This document shows, one piece after another, positions 33,900 through 43,528 of a DNA stretch of 64,000 nucleotides (the first letter of the stretch is position 1; each line of letters opens with the position of its first letter). Source of the stretch: Tagaea sp. (GTDB lineage Bacteria > Pseudomonadota > Alphaproteobacteria > CACIAM-22H2); the NCBI GenBank assembly GCA_965279525.1, contig CBDIIB010000004.1:544001-608000 (forward strand), in the 5' to 3' direction. The notes beneath the pieces were generated by a model. That model searched no databases. It had not been told where the DNA came from and was given only the letters and a program-made list of their open reading frames with translations. Made by a program: the position numbers and the translations under genes.

Positions 33900-35257
33900 C
33901 CGGCGAGTTCCGCGACTTCGCCGCCCTGCGGCACCGAACAGATCCATCCCAGCCGGCGTTCGATCTCGGCACGCAGGGCCTCGGCTGCCGGCGGCTCGCC
34001 GTGCGTGACGAAGCAGTGCTTCGGTTTCGCTTCGAATTTCGATAGCCAGGAAAGGATCTCTTCGCGGTCCGCGTGCGCGGACAGCATGCCGAGATTGAAG
34101 ACATCGGCGGCGATCGCCACCTGTGCCCCGTGGATCTTCACGCTTCGCGCACCCGCGACCATTGCCGCACCGCGCGTCCCGGCCGCCTGGAAGCCCGCGA
34201 ACAGGATCGTGTTCGCGGGATCGGGACCGAGCGACTTCAGGTGATGCAGGACGCGCCCGCCCGTCGCCATCCCGCTCGCAGACAGGATGATCCGTGGCAC
34301 GCGACTTTGGCCCAGCCGCTTCGATTCCTCGACGCTGTCGACATAGCGCGCCGTCGCGGCAAGGCCGGCGCATTCTCGCGCATCGAGACGGTGCGCGCCG
34401 AGATGGCTGGCGAAGACCTTGCTCGCTGCACTCGCCATCGGGCTGTCGACGAACACCGGAAGGTCGGGAATGCGGCCCGCCAGCTTCAGCCGATGGATAT
34501 GCAGAAGCAGCGTCTGCACGCGCCCCACCGCGAACGTCGGAATCAGGACGCTGCCGCCGCGAGCGGCAGTCCGGACGACGATGTCGGCGATCATGTCCTC
34601 GGGATCGGTCGTCTCGTGCATCCGGTCGCCATAGGTCGATTCCACGACGACAAAATCGGCCCGACGGACGATCTGCGGGTCCAGCATCGTCGGACTGCCG
34701 GGCCGGCCCAGATCGCCGGAGAAAAGGATGGTCCGCCCGGCAGCCGACAGTTCGACCGTCGCCGCACCCAGGATGTGGCCTGCCGGGCGGAAGCGCGCCG
34801 ATATGCCGGGAGCGGCTTCGAAGGCCCGCTCGAACGGTTGCGGTTCGAAGCCGTCGAGGCTCGAGATCGCCTCCGCCGCCGTATAGAGCGGCAAGGCGGG
34901 ATGATGCTTCGAGAAACCGTGCCGGTTGGCGTACTCGGCCTCCTTCTCCTGCAGATAGCCGCTGTCTGGCAGGAGTATCGCGCAAAGGTCGCGTGTGGGT
35001 GCCGTGCAATGGATCGGCCCGCGGAAACCGTCGCGAACCAACAGCGGCAGGTAGCCCGAATGGTCGAGATGGGCGTGCGTCAGCACGACCGCATCGATCC
35101 GGGCCGGCTCGACCGGAAACGGCGCGCGATTGCGAAGCCGGAGCTCCTTCAGACCCTGGAACAGGCCGCAATCGACGAGGACGCGCCGGCCCGAAACCTC
35201 GACCAAGCACTTGGAACCGGTGACGGTCCCTGCCCCGCCCAGAAACGTCAGCCGCAC
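33896..35257 (-). CDS. MBL-fold beta-CASP hydrolase / RNase-like (COG1236)
   Basis: GGAGTVTGS, DCGLFQG, THAHLDHSG, GHILG, ESTYG, SAHAD, HGE. Confidence 0.9.
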   Translation of the reverse strand: MRLTFLGGAGTVTGSKCLVEVSGRRVLVDCGLFQGLKELRLRNRAPFPVEPARIDAVVLTHAHLDHSGYLPLLVRDGFRGPIHCTAPTRDLCAILLPDSGYLQEKEAEYANRHGFSKHHPALPLYTAAEAISSLDGFEPQPFERAFEAAPGISARFRPAGHILGAATVELSAAGRTILFSGDLGRPGSPTMLDPQIVRRADFVVVESTYGDRMHETTDPEDMIADIVVRTAARGGSVLIPTFAVGRVQTLLLHIHRLKLAGRIPDLPVFVDSPMASAASKVFASHLGAHRLDARECAGLAATARYVDSVEESKRLGQSRVPRIILSASGMATGGRVLHHLKSLGPDPANTILFAGFQAAGTRGAAMVAGARSVKIHGAQVAIAADVFNLGMLSAHADREEILSWLSKFEAKPKHCFVTHGEPPAAEALRAEIERRLGWICSVPQGGEVAELAG

Positions 35258-35266
35258 TGCGCGGTC

Positions 35267-36289
35267 TCAGCGCTTCTCGTTCAGCATCGGGAAGCCGCGC
35301 TGATGCCAGACCGGATATGCGGGCGTGACGTCACTGGCGGCGTCGAGCGCAGCGCGATGTTCGGCCGACAGGTTCCAGCCGACAGCGCCCATGTTCTCGA
35401 CAAGCTGCTTCTCGTCACGCGCGCCGATGATCAGCGTCGAGACCGTCTTCTGCTGGAGAAGCCAGTTGAGCGCCACCTGCGGGATCGTCTTGCCCGTCGC
35501 CTTCGCGACCGCGTCGAGCGCGTCGACGATGCGGTAAAGGCGCTCGGGCTCGAACTTCGGTCCGGTTTCCGGAATCTGCGCGGCACGCGTTCCGGCCGGT
35601 GCCGGCTGGCCGCGCCGGATCCGGCCAGTGAGCTTGCCCCAGCCAAGCGGGCTCCACACGACCGCCCCCACGCCCTGATCCTGGCCAAGCGGCATCAGCT
35701 CCCACTCGTAGTCGCGGTTGAGCAGCGAATAGTAGGCCTGGTGCGCCACATGGCGCGGATAGCCGTAGCGGTCGGAGACGTTGAGCGACTTCATCAGATG
35801 CCAACCCGAGAAGTTCGAACAGCCGATGTAGCGGATCTTTCCGGCCTTCACGAATCCGTCGAGCGTGGCGAGCGTTTCCTCGACCGGCGTGTTGTAATCC
35901 TGACCGTGCAGCTGGAAGAGGTCGATATGGTCGACCGCCATCCGCTTCAGCGCCTTGTCGACCGCCTCGGTCAAATACTGGCGCGACGAACCGTAGTCGT
36001 TTGGTCCCGTCCCCGTCGGGAACGTCGCCTTGGTCGAGATCAGAACGCGCTCGCGTTTGCCCTTGATCGCCTGCCCGAGGATCGTCTCGGCAAGGCCGGC
36101 CGAATATCCCGAAGCGCTGTCGAACATCGAAACGCCGTGGTCGAGGCAGATGTCGACGAGGCGCGAAGCGCCCGCCGCGTCGGTCGATCCCCACGCCTTG
36201 AAGAAGTCGTTGCCGCCGCCGAACGTGCCGGTGCCGAAACTGAGGGCGGGCACGCGAAGGCCCGAATTTCCGAGGCGGCGATATTCCAT
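35267..36289 (-). CDS. Aldo/keto reductase
   Basis: YRRLGNSGLRVP.LSFGT, IDLFQLH, GKIRYIGCSNF, WSPLGWG. Confidence 0.92.
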   Translation of the reverse strand: MEYRRLGNSGLRVPALSFGTGTFGGGNDFFKAWGSTDAAGASRLVDICLDHGVSMFDSASGYSAGLAETILGQAIKGKRERVLISTKATFPTGTGPNDYGSSRQYLTEAVDKALKRMAVDHIDLFQLHGQDYNTPVEETLATLDGFVKAGKIRYIGCSNFSGWHLMKSLNVSDRYGYPRHVAHQAYYSLLNRDYEWELMPLGQDQGVGAVVWSPLGWGKLTGRIRRGQPAPAGTRAAQIPETGPKFEPERLYRIVDALDAVAKATGKTIPQVALNWLLQQKTVSTLIIGARDEKQLVENMGAVGWNLSAEHRAALDAASDVTPAYPVWHQRGFPMLNEKR

Positions 36290-36402
36290 GTGCGAGATCT
36301 CCTTCTTCGTGCCGAGCAGGCCAGACGGCCGGCGTGCTTGTCAACCCTGCGGCCGCAGTGCGAGAATCCGGCTCCCGACAACCGGCGGAGCGAATCAACA
36401 CG

Positions 36403-36882
36403 ATGACCGAATTTTTCTGGCGCTCGCTCGCGATCGGCATCGGTGCCACCGCACTCATGGATGTCTGGGCAATCTTCCTCAACCGGACTTTCGGAAAGCC
36501 GCTGCCGAACTGGGCGCTCGCCGGCCGCTGGTTCTGCCACATGACCAAGGGCAAGCTGTTCCACGACGACATCGCGGCGGCGGCGCCGTGGCCCAACGAA
36601 CTTGCCGTCGGCTGGATCGCGCACTATGCGATCGGCATCCTCTATGCCGGCATCCTGCTCGTTGTGGCGGGACCGGAATGGGCCGACGCCCCGACATTCC
36701 TGCCGGCCTGGATCCTCGGGCTTGTCACCGTGGGGGCGGGTTGGTTCCTCATGCAGCCCGGCATGGGTGCCGGCTGGGCGGCATCGAAGAAACCGAACCC
36801 GATGCAGATCCGTTTCCTCAACATCGCCGCGCACACCGTTTTTGCCGCAGGACTCTACGGGACGGCATTGCTGATCGCGTGA
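36403..36882 (+). CDS. DUF2938-family membrane protein
   Basis: GIGATALMDVW, GRWF.H, GWIAHYAIG, FLMQPGMG.G.AASK.P, AHTVF. Confidence 0.85.
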   Translation: MTEFFWRSLAIGIGATALMDVWAIFLNRTFGKPLPNWALAGRWFCHMTKGKLFHDDIAAAAPWPNELAVGWIAHYAIGILYAGILLVVAGPEWADAPTFLPAWILGLVTVGAGWFLMQPGMGAGWAASKKPNPMQIRFLNIAAHTVFAAGLYGTALLIA

Positions 36883-36895
36883 ACGCGGTTCGGCG

Positions 36896-38272
36896 TCAGA
36901 CGCTCGCCATCGCAGGAAGCCGCGATGCCGCCAGTGTCGGATCGGATGGCCCCTGGCATCTCAGATTGGTCGTCGTCGCCGAGACCATGTCGGTCCGCTC
37001 GAGGTCGGCTCCGCGCATGTCCGCATCCGAGAGATCGCAACCTCGCAAGATCGCGCGCCGCATCACCGCATCGCTGAGATCGGTATTCGAGAAATCGGCG
37101 CCGGTCGCTTGCGTATCGACAAAGCGTGTCGGCCATGTCGATCGGGCCGAACCGAGCGCGAGCGGAAGCGCCCCCAGGATCGCGCCGTTCAGGTCGGCTC
37201 CCATGAGATTGGCTTTCGAGAAGTTGGCGCCGCGCGCCTTGATGTTCCTGAGAACCGCTTCGGTGAACTGGCAGCCGATCATGCTTGCGAAGGCGAGATT
37301 GGCGCCGGTGAAGTCTGCCTTGCGGAACGTGCAGCGCAGGAACTTCGACACGGAAAGATTGGCGCCTGAGAAGTCGACATCGGAGAAGTCGTAGGATTCC
37401 ACGTCGAGCTGCACGCCCTCTTTTCCCGATGTGTTGACCCAGAGGGCGTGGGAGACAAGTGCTCCTGCCAGATCGAATCCCGCAGCCACCGGATCTATCG
37501 ACCGCTTGGTATTCGCCATGTTCACGACGGTCATGCTTGCCCCGTCGAACGAGGCGGCAACGAGGTCGGCGGACTCGAGGTTCGTACGCAACATCCGCGC
37601 CCCGCCGAATGTCGCACCGGCAAGAACGCAGTTTGACATGTTCGTGTTCGTGAGATCCGCGCCCTTGAAGATGGCGCCGGATAGATCCGAACCGCTGAGG
37701 TCAGCGCCGCTCAGGTTCGCGTTGGTGAGATTGCAGTTCGTCATGTCCGTCTTCGTGGCGAGAGCATGCCCGATACGCGCCTCGGTCATCGTCGTGCCGA
37801 CAAACCGGGCGTCGGATGCGTCGGTCACCGATTTCGTCGCCTTCGCATAGTCGAGTTCGCCGTGGGCGTCCTTGGAGACGAGCGTACCGTCGCGCATGTC
37901 GGCCTTGTGCATCGTTGCACCGCAGAAATCGGCCCCCCGGAGGCAGGCTGCGCGCAGGTCGACGCGCGTCATGTCGGCATCGACGAATGAGGACCGCTGG
38001 AGATCTGTTCCGTAGAAGCTCGCGCGCAGCAGCTTGGAACGGGTGAAGATGCTGTCGGCCAGGGAACTGCCGACGAACTCGGCGTCCGTAAGGTCGCAAC
38101 CCTTGAAGTCGAGCTTCTTGCCGTTGAGGAACTTGAGCACCATCCGCCTTCCACCCGACTTGCCGGTCAGCCAGCGCCCGTGTGCGGTCATCAATTGATT
38201 GAGGGCGACTTGGGTCAATTCGGGCGGGACAGGCGGTGCTGTCGCAACCGGATTGCGTTGTACGATCGTCAC
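36896..38272 (-). CDS. Pentapeptide-repeat protein (two repeat modules)
   Basis: Extensive A[DN]L[ST]x repeats; GGAGGT RBS before GTG 38272. Confidence 0.9.
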   Translation of the reverse strand: MTIVQRNPVATAPPVPPELTQVALNQLMTAHGRWLTGKSGGRRMVLKFLNGKKLDFKGCDLTDAEFVGSSLADSIFTRSKLLRASFYGTDLQRSSFVDADMTRVDLRAACLRGADFCGATMHKADMRDGTLVSKDAHGELDYAKATKSVTDASDARFVGTTMTEARIGHALATKTDMTNCNLTNANLSGADLSGSDLSGAIFKGADLTNTNMSNCVLAGATFGGARMLRTNLESADLVAASFDGASMTVVNMANTKRSIDPVAAGFDLAGALVSHALWVNTSGKEGVQLDVESYDFSDVDFSGANLSVSKFLRCTFRKADFTGANLAFASMIGCQFTEAVLRNIKARGANFSKANLMGADLNGAILGALPLALGSARSTWPTRFVDTQATGADFSNTDLSDAVMRRAILRGCDLSDADMRGADLERTDMVSATTTNLRCQGPSDPTLAASRLPAMASV

Positions 38273-38487
38273 TCGGCACCTCCGTCTCAGTCGCGAAGCG
38301 ATGCCGGTGGAAAGATCGAAGGAAGTCGCCGGCTTGCCGCGAGTTCTAGGCGGAAAGTGCAATTCCGGTCAGGGTCGGAATGTACTCAATTGATCCGGAT
38401 GCGCCTTCGGTTGCAGATCATCCGGGACAAGCTGGGCATGTCCGGCCACACAATTGCCGCATTGCGCCAACTTCAAATGAAGACCGG

Positions 38488-38561
38488 TCGGAGCGGAGGG
38501 ATTCGAACTCTCGACATCCAGCTCCCAAAGCTGGCGCTCTACCAGGCTGAGCTACGCTCCG
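38488..38561 (-). tRNA. tRNA-Pro (TGG), CCA not encoded
   Basis: CGGAGCG/CGCTCCG acceptor stem, CCAGC-TTTGGGA-GCTGG anticodon arm, TTCGAAT loop; followed by CCG. Confidence 0.9.
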
Positions 38562-38645
38562 GACCGGGCCTGTGAAGGTGCATGCCCCTTCGCGCGATGT
38601 GATACACGAACCGGACCCTGTCCGGCAACCTGAAGGAATCCCCCC

Positions 38646-39308
38646 ATGTCGCGCGCGATGTTCGGCCTGCCTGCGGAGATCCGCACCTATATCCAGTCCG
38701 TGTCGCTGCGCGAGACGCCGCTGCAGGGTCGCCTGCGCGCGGAGACCGCGAAGCTGCCGATGGGCGGCATGCAGATCAGCCCCGAGCAGGGCCAACTGAT
38801 GGCCCTGCTCGCCCGCCTGATCGACGCCAGGCTCTACGTCGAGGTCGGCACGTTCACCGGCTACAGCGCGCTCAGCGTCGTCCAGGCGATGCCGGCGGAC
38901 GGACGCGCGATCTGCTGCGACGTGTCCGAAGAATGGACATCGGTCGCGCGGCGATACTGGAGCGAAGCTGGCATCGCCGAGCGCATCGACCTGCGCCTTG
39001 CGCCCGCCGTCGAAACGCTCGATGCGCTGCTTGCCGGCGGATACGAAGGCAAGGTCGATCTCGCCTTCGTCGACGCCGACAAGACCGGCTATGCCGCCTA
39101 TGTCGAGCGCATCGCCCGTCTGCTGCGGCCCAACGGACTGCTGCTGATCGACAACGTGCTGTGGGGCGGCAAGGTCGCCGATCCGGCTGTGACAAGCGCG
39201 GATACGGTGGCACTGCGCGAACTCAACCTGCGCCTGAAGGACGATCCGCGCTTCGACATCTCGATGCTGCCCGTCGGTGACGGGCTGACGCTGGCGCGCA
39301 AGGTCTAG
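38646..39308 (+). CDS. Class I SAM O-methyltransferase (caffeoyl-CoA OMT-like)
   Basis: MQISPEQGQ, EVGTFTGYSAL, FVDADK, DNVLWGG, GDGLTL. Confidence 0.92.
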   Translation: MSRAMFGLPAEIRTYIQSVSLRETPLQGRLRAETAKLPMGGMQISPEQGQLMALLARLIDARLYVEVGTFTGYSALSVVQAMPADGRAICCDVSEEWTSVARRYWSEAGIAERIDLRLAPAVETLDALLAGGYEGKVDLAFVDADKTGYAAYVERIARLLRPNGLLLIDNVLWGGKVADPAVTSADTVALRELNLRLKDDPRFDISMLPVGDGLTLARKV

Positions 39309-39309
39309 C

Positions 39310-39771
39310 TCAGCGGAACATCGCGTGGACGAGCCTGTCGCCCTTCTTCAGGCCCAGGCGTGCCGCCGTGCCGCCGTTCAGTTCCAGTACGGCGCGCACG
39401 TTCTCTTCCGAGGAGATGATCGCTTCGGACATCGGCACCGCGCGCTCGTGGATGTGACGCACGATCCCGTCGCGGTCGACGAACAGCATGTCGAGCGGAA
39501 TGAGCGTGTTGCGCATCCACATCGCGACCGGCCCGTCGCGCTTGAAATCGAACAGCATGCCGGCATCTGCGGCCATCTGTCGGCGATGCATGAGGCCCAG
39601 CGTGCGCCGCTCGTCGTTGTCTGCGAACTCGACCGTGAAGCGGTGGCGCTTGCCTCCGCTCTCGATCGTCAGGTCCGACTTCTCGAAGCGGACCGTCGGA
39701 TTCTGCGCAGTCGCCGGCATGGCGAACGCGAAGGCCAGCACCAGTGCCACGAGGTTGCGTCGTGTCGTCAT
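39310..39771 (-). CDS. DUF192-domain protein
   Basis: Signal peptide; GLMHR, GMLFDF, MWMRNTLIPLDMLF, VLELNGG. Confidence 0.92.
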   Translation of the reverse strand: MTTRRNLVALVLAFAFAMPATAQNPTVRFEKSDLTIESGGKRHRFTVEFADNDERRTLGLMHRRQMAADAGMLFDFKRDGPVAMWMRNTLIPLDMLFVDRDGIVRHIHERAVPMSEAIISSEENVRAVLELNGGTAARLGLKKGDRLVHAMFR

Positions 39772-39785
39772 CTTTGTCCTTGCCC

Positions 39786-40892
39786 TCATGCGGCCCGGCG
39801 GACCATCTCGACGATCTCCGGACGGATCGGTCCGCCCGCAGGCGCATCGCGCAATGTCGTGAACCACGCTTCCGGCCTGATTTGATCCTTTCGCCGGTGC
39901 CAGTGCAAGGCCCGCAGGATCGCCTCGGCGGACTCCGGCAGACGATCCGGAATGTCGTGGCCGCTGAGCGTGGCCCACATGCCACTCCACGCGCGCGCCA
40001 CGCTCCAAGGGTTGTAGCCTCCGCCGCCGGTCATCAGCATCGGCCGGTCGAGCGACTTCAGTGCCGCGGCCGCGCGCCACAGCGCGTTGTTGGACAGCGA
40101 CAGGCCCGATAGCGGATCGTCGGCGAGCGCGTCCGCCCCGCCCTGCACGACCAGTGCTTCCGGACCGAACGCCGCCACGCGCGGCACCACGACTTCTTCC
40201 AGCAGCAAGGCGAACTCGTCGTCGTTGAAGCCTGCCGGTACAGGCAAGTTGACCAGCGTATCGCAGGTATCCGGATCGAATGCGCCCGTGTTCGGCCAGC
40301 GCCCGGCCTCATGGATCGAGACGATCAGCACGCGCGGGTCCTCGGCGAAGGCCGCTTCGACCCCGTCGCAATGATGCGCGTCGATGTCGACATAGGCCAC
40401 GCGTGCGACGCCGCGATCCAGCAAGCGCAGGATCGCCAGTACCGGATCGTTCAGATAACAGAATCCGCTCGCCGCCGCCTTGCGGCCATGATGGGTTCCG
40501 CCAGCCGGCGAATAGACCGTCCGCACCTGGCCGCCTGCCAGCAGGTCGGCCGCATGGAGCGAGGCGCCGCACGCGGTTGCCGGCCGACGGAAGATCTCGC
40601 CAAAGACCGGATTGCCGCCGCGCCCGATATTGAAGCGTACCGACGCCTCGGCGTCGATCGACTGCGCGGCTTCCGCCGCCTGCAGGGCCGCCACGTATTC
40701 CGGGTCGTGGAAGCGGGTCAGTTCGTCGGGTGTCGCGGTCGGGCTGTCGATATAGACGTCGTCCGGCAGCCAACCGAGCGCCCGGCAAAGGTCGATGCAG
40801 GTCGACACGCGCGGGATCGCCAGCGGATGGTTCGAGCCATAGCGCGACCGCCGGTAGATGTCCGAGCCGATGAAACGGGGGCGTGCCTGCAT
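39786..40892 (-). CDS. acuC: AcuC / histone-deacetylase-family amidohydrolase
   Basis: HPLAIPR, GGTHH, SGFCYLND, DIDAHHCDG, GADALADDPL, GGGGY. Confidence 0.88.
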   Translation of the reverse strand: MQARPRFIGSDIYRRSRYGSNHPLAIPRVSTCIDLCRALGWLPDDVYIDSPTATPDELTRFHDPEYVAALQAAEAAQSIDAEASVRFNIGRGGNPVFGEIFRRPATACGASLHAADLLAGGQVRTVYSPAGGTHHGRKAAASGFCYLNDPVLAILRLLDRGVARVAYVDIDAHHCDGVEAAFAEDPRVLIVSIHEAGRWPNTGAFDPDTCDTLVNLPVPAGFNDDEFALLLEEVVVPRVAAFGPEALVVQGGADALADDPLSGLSLSNNALWRAAAALKSLDRPMLMTGGGGYNPWSVARAWSGMWATLSGHDIPDRLPESAEAILRALHWHRRKDQIRPEAWFTTLRDAPAGGPIRPEIVEMVRRAA

Positions 40893-40945
40893 GCGAAGGA
40901 GTTAGTGCCGCTTGCCATCGGCGTCAACGAGGCGCTATATCGGGG

Positions 40946-41028
40946 CGTTCGCACGGGGTGCCGGCAGTGTGCCGGCTGAGATCACACCCGAGAACCTGAT
41001 CCGGTTCGTACCGGCGTAGGGATGCGCG
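40946..41028 (+). ncRNA. TPP riboswitch (THI box)
   Basis: GGGGTGC..GCTGAGA..ACCC..GAACCTGATCCGGTTCGTACCGGCGTAGGGA consensus upstream of a ThiY-type transporter. Confidence 0.95.
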
Positions 41029-41029
41029 C

Positions 41030-41788
41030 TTGACCTTCGACCGCTCTCCGCCCGTTTTCGACGTCGATATCCGTGCCGCTGGCGTGGCCTATGACGGCGT
41101 CGCGCTGTTCGACGGCCTCGACCTGCACCTCGCGGCCGGGCGCATCGTCTGCCTGCTCGGCCCCTCGGGCGTGGGCAAAAGCACGCTGCTGCGGCTCGTC
41201 GCAGGGCTCGCGCCCGCCTCGCCTGGAACGCGGATCGTCGCCGGCGACGGGCGGCCGCTCGACGGACGCATCGCGTGGATGGCGCAACAGGACCTGCTCT
41301 GCCCGTGGCTCGACGTGCTGGGGAACGTGTCGCTCGGCAGCCGGCTGCGCGGCACGCCGCCCGACCGGGACCATGCCCTTGCCCTGATCGCGCAGGTGGG
41401 GCTCGCCGACAAGGCCCGCGCGATGCCGGCAACGCTTTCCGGCGGCCAGCGCCAGCGCGTGGCCCTTGCCCGCACGCTGATGGAGGACCGGCCGCTCGTG
41501 CTGATGGACGAGCCGTTCGCGGCGCTCGACACGATCACGCGCTGGCGGCTTCAGGAACTCGCCGCCACGCTGCTCGCCGGACGCACCGTCGTGCTCGTCA
41601 CGCATGATCCGCGCGAAGCGCTGCGCATCGGCCACGAGATCCGCGTCATTTCCGGTCAGCCGGCGCGGCTGGGTGCACCGATCCATCCCGATGGTCCGGT
41701 TCCCCGCCCGCTCGATGATCCGGCCTTGCTCGCACTTGAAGCCCGGTTGATCGGCGAACTCGCGCATGCCGCCGGTGCGTCCGCATGA
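41030..41788 (+). CDS. thiZ: ABC ATPase of a thiamine-precursor (HMP) transporter
   Basis: GPSGVGKST, LSGGQRQRVALAR, MDEPF; downstream of the TPP riboswitch. Confidence 0.85.
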   Translation: MTFDRSPPVFDVDIRAAGVAYDGVALFDGLDLHLAAGRIVCLLGPSGVGKSTLLRLVAGLAPASPGTRIVAGDGRPLDGRIAWMAQQDLLCPWLDVLGNVSLGSRLRGTPPDRDHALALIAQVGLADKARAMPATLSGGQRQRVALARTLMEDRPLVLMDEPFAALDTITRWRLQELAATLLAGRTVVLVTHDPREALRIGHEIRVISGQPARLGAPIHPDGPVPRPLDDPALLALEARLIGELAHAAGASA

Positions 41789-42540
41789 TGCGCGCCGTTC
41801 GCCCCATTCTCGTGCTTGCCGGCGTGTGCGCCGTCTGGGAACTCGTCGTGCGCGCGACCGGCGTGCCGCATTACATCCTGCCCGGTCCGATGCGCGTGGC
41901 GAATGCGCTTGCCAGCCAATACGCCTTCATCCTCGAGAATGCGGTGATCACGCTGGTCGAGATGGTCCTCGGGCTGGCACTGGGCGTGTCGTGCGGCATC
42001 GTCTCGGCTTTGCTGCTCGCCCAGTCGCGCACGGCGCGGCGCTGGTTCCTGCCGCTCGTCCTGGCAAGCCAGGCGATCCCGATCTTCGCGATCGCCCCGC
42101 TGCTCGTGCTGTGGTTCGGCTTCGGCATCGCCTCGAAGGTGGCCGCCGCATCCCTCATCATCTTCTTTCCCGTCACGTCCGCCTTCTATGACGGACTGGT
42201 GCGTACCGAGCGCGGCTGGCTCGACCTCGCGCACGTGATGGGGGCACGCCCGCTTGCGGTCTTGCTGCGCCTGCGCCTTCCGGCGGCCCTGCCCGCTCTC
42301 GCTTCCGGCATCCGTGTCGCCGCTGCCGTCGCCCCCATCGGCGCCGTGATCGGCGAATGGGTCGGTGCGTCCGCTGGCCTCGGGTTCCTGATGTTGCAGG
42401 CCAACGCGCAGATGCAGGTCGACCTGCTGTTCGCCGCCCTCTTCGTCCTCGCGATCTTCGCGATCGCCTTCTATGCCGCCATCGACGCGGCCTTGCGCCG
42501 CCTCGTGCCGTGGCAGCCCGTCACCGCCCAAACCGATTGA
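41785..42540 (+). CDS. thiX: ABC permease of a thiamine-precursor transporter
   Basis: SQAIP..AIAPLL.LWFG, LPAALP, GAVIGEWVG..GLG. Confidence 0.85.
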   Translation: MMRAVRPILVLAGVCAVWELVVRATGVPHYILPGPMRVANALASQYAFILENAVITLVEMVLGLALGVSCGIVSALLLAQSRTARRWFLPLVLASQAIPIFAIAPLLVLWFGFGIASKVAAASLIIFFPVTSAFYDGLVRTERGWLDLAHVMGARPLAVLLRLRLPAALPALASGIRVAAAVAPIGAVIGEWVGASAGLGFLMLQANAQMQVDLLFAALFVLAIFAIAFYAAIDAALRRLVPWQPVTAQTD

Positions 42541-42562
42541 ACCACCGGAAGGACCTTCAAAG

Positions 42563-43525
42563 ATGATCTCCCGACGCACCGCGATCGCCAGTGCCCTTGC
42601 CGCACTCGCGGCCCCTGCCCTCGTCCGCACGGCGGCAGCGCAGGGCCAACCTTTCACGCTGCTGCTGGACTGGTTCATCAACCCGAATCACGGACCGATC
42701 CTGGCCGCACAGGAGCTGGGCTATTTCCGCGAAGCGGGGCTGGCGATGACCATCGTGCCGCCGGCCGATCCGAACGATCCGCCGCGTCTCGTCGCGGCCG
42801 GTCGCGGCGACGTCGCGGTCAGCTATCCGCACACACAGATCCGGCAGGCCGTCGACGATATCCCCACGATGCGCATCGGCGCACTCATCGACACGCCGTT
42901 GTCGACCATCACGGTGCTGGCCGATGGCCCGATCAAGACGCTGGCCGATTTCCGCGGCCGCAAGATCGGCTATTCGATTTCCGGCATCGAGGGCGCCCTG
43001 CTGCGCACCATGCTCGCCACAGTCGGCGTGGGTGCCAACGAGATCGAGCTGATCAACGTCAACTTCTCGCTGTCGCCGGCCCTGCTGAGCAAGCGCGTGG
43101 ACGGCGTCATCGGCGCGTTCCGGAACTTCGAGCTGTTCCAGCTCGAGATCGAGGGATCGAAGGGCCGCGCCTTCTTCCTCGAGGAGCACGGCGTGCCCAC
43201 GCACGATGCGCTCACCTTCACCGCCAACCGCGAGCGTGCCCGTGCGGGCGACCCGCGCTTGCGCGCATTTCTCGACGCGGTCGAGCGCGGCGCCCTCTAT
43301 TGCACCAACAATACCGACGCGGCCTGGGGCCTGTTCATCAAGGGACGCGGACAGCTCGACAACGAGCTCAACCGGCGCGCCTGGCGGGCGAGCGTGCCGC
43401 GCTATGCGCACACGCCGGGTGCGGTCGACAAGGCGCGCGAACTGCGCTTCGCGCGGTTCCTGCACGCCAACGGCATCATCCCGCGCATCCCGCCGGTGGA
43501 CAGTTTCGTCGCCCAGCTCGCCTGA
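42563..43525 (+). CDS. thiY: NMT1/THI5-like substrate-binding protein
   Basis: Tat-like SRRT signal; LLLDWFINPNHGP; GAFRNFE. Confidence 0.87.
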   Translation: MISRRTAIASALAALAAPALVRTAAAQGQPFTLLLDWFINPNHGPILAAQELGYFREAGLAMTIVPPADPNDPPRLVAAGRGDVAVSYPHTQIRQAVDDIPTMRIGALIDTPLSTITVLADGPIKTLADFRGRKIGYSISGIEGALLRTMLATVGVGANEIELINVNFSLSPALLSKRVDGVIGAFRNFELFQLEIEGSKGRAFFLEEHGVPTHDALTFTANRERARAGDPRLRAFLDAVERGALYCTNNTDAAWGLFIKGRGQLDNELNRRAWRASVPRYAHTPGAVDKARELRFARFLHANGIIPRIPPVDSFVAQLA

Positions 43526-43528
43526 AAC

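Noticed and set aside
33896-35257. Beta-lactamase or anti-phage nuclease
   Set aside because: Motifs match the widespread COG1236 beta-CASP family, and no defence partner genes are adjacent
36896-38272. 15-nt periodicity suggesting a CRISPR or tandem DNA repeat
   Set aside because: Explained by protein-level pentapeptide repeats; no conserved repeat-spacer structure and no cas genes
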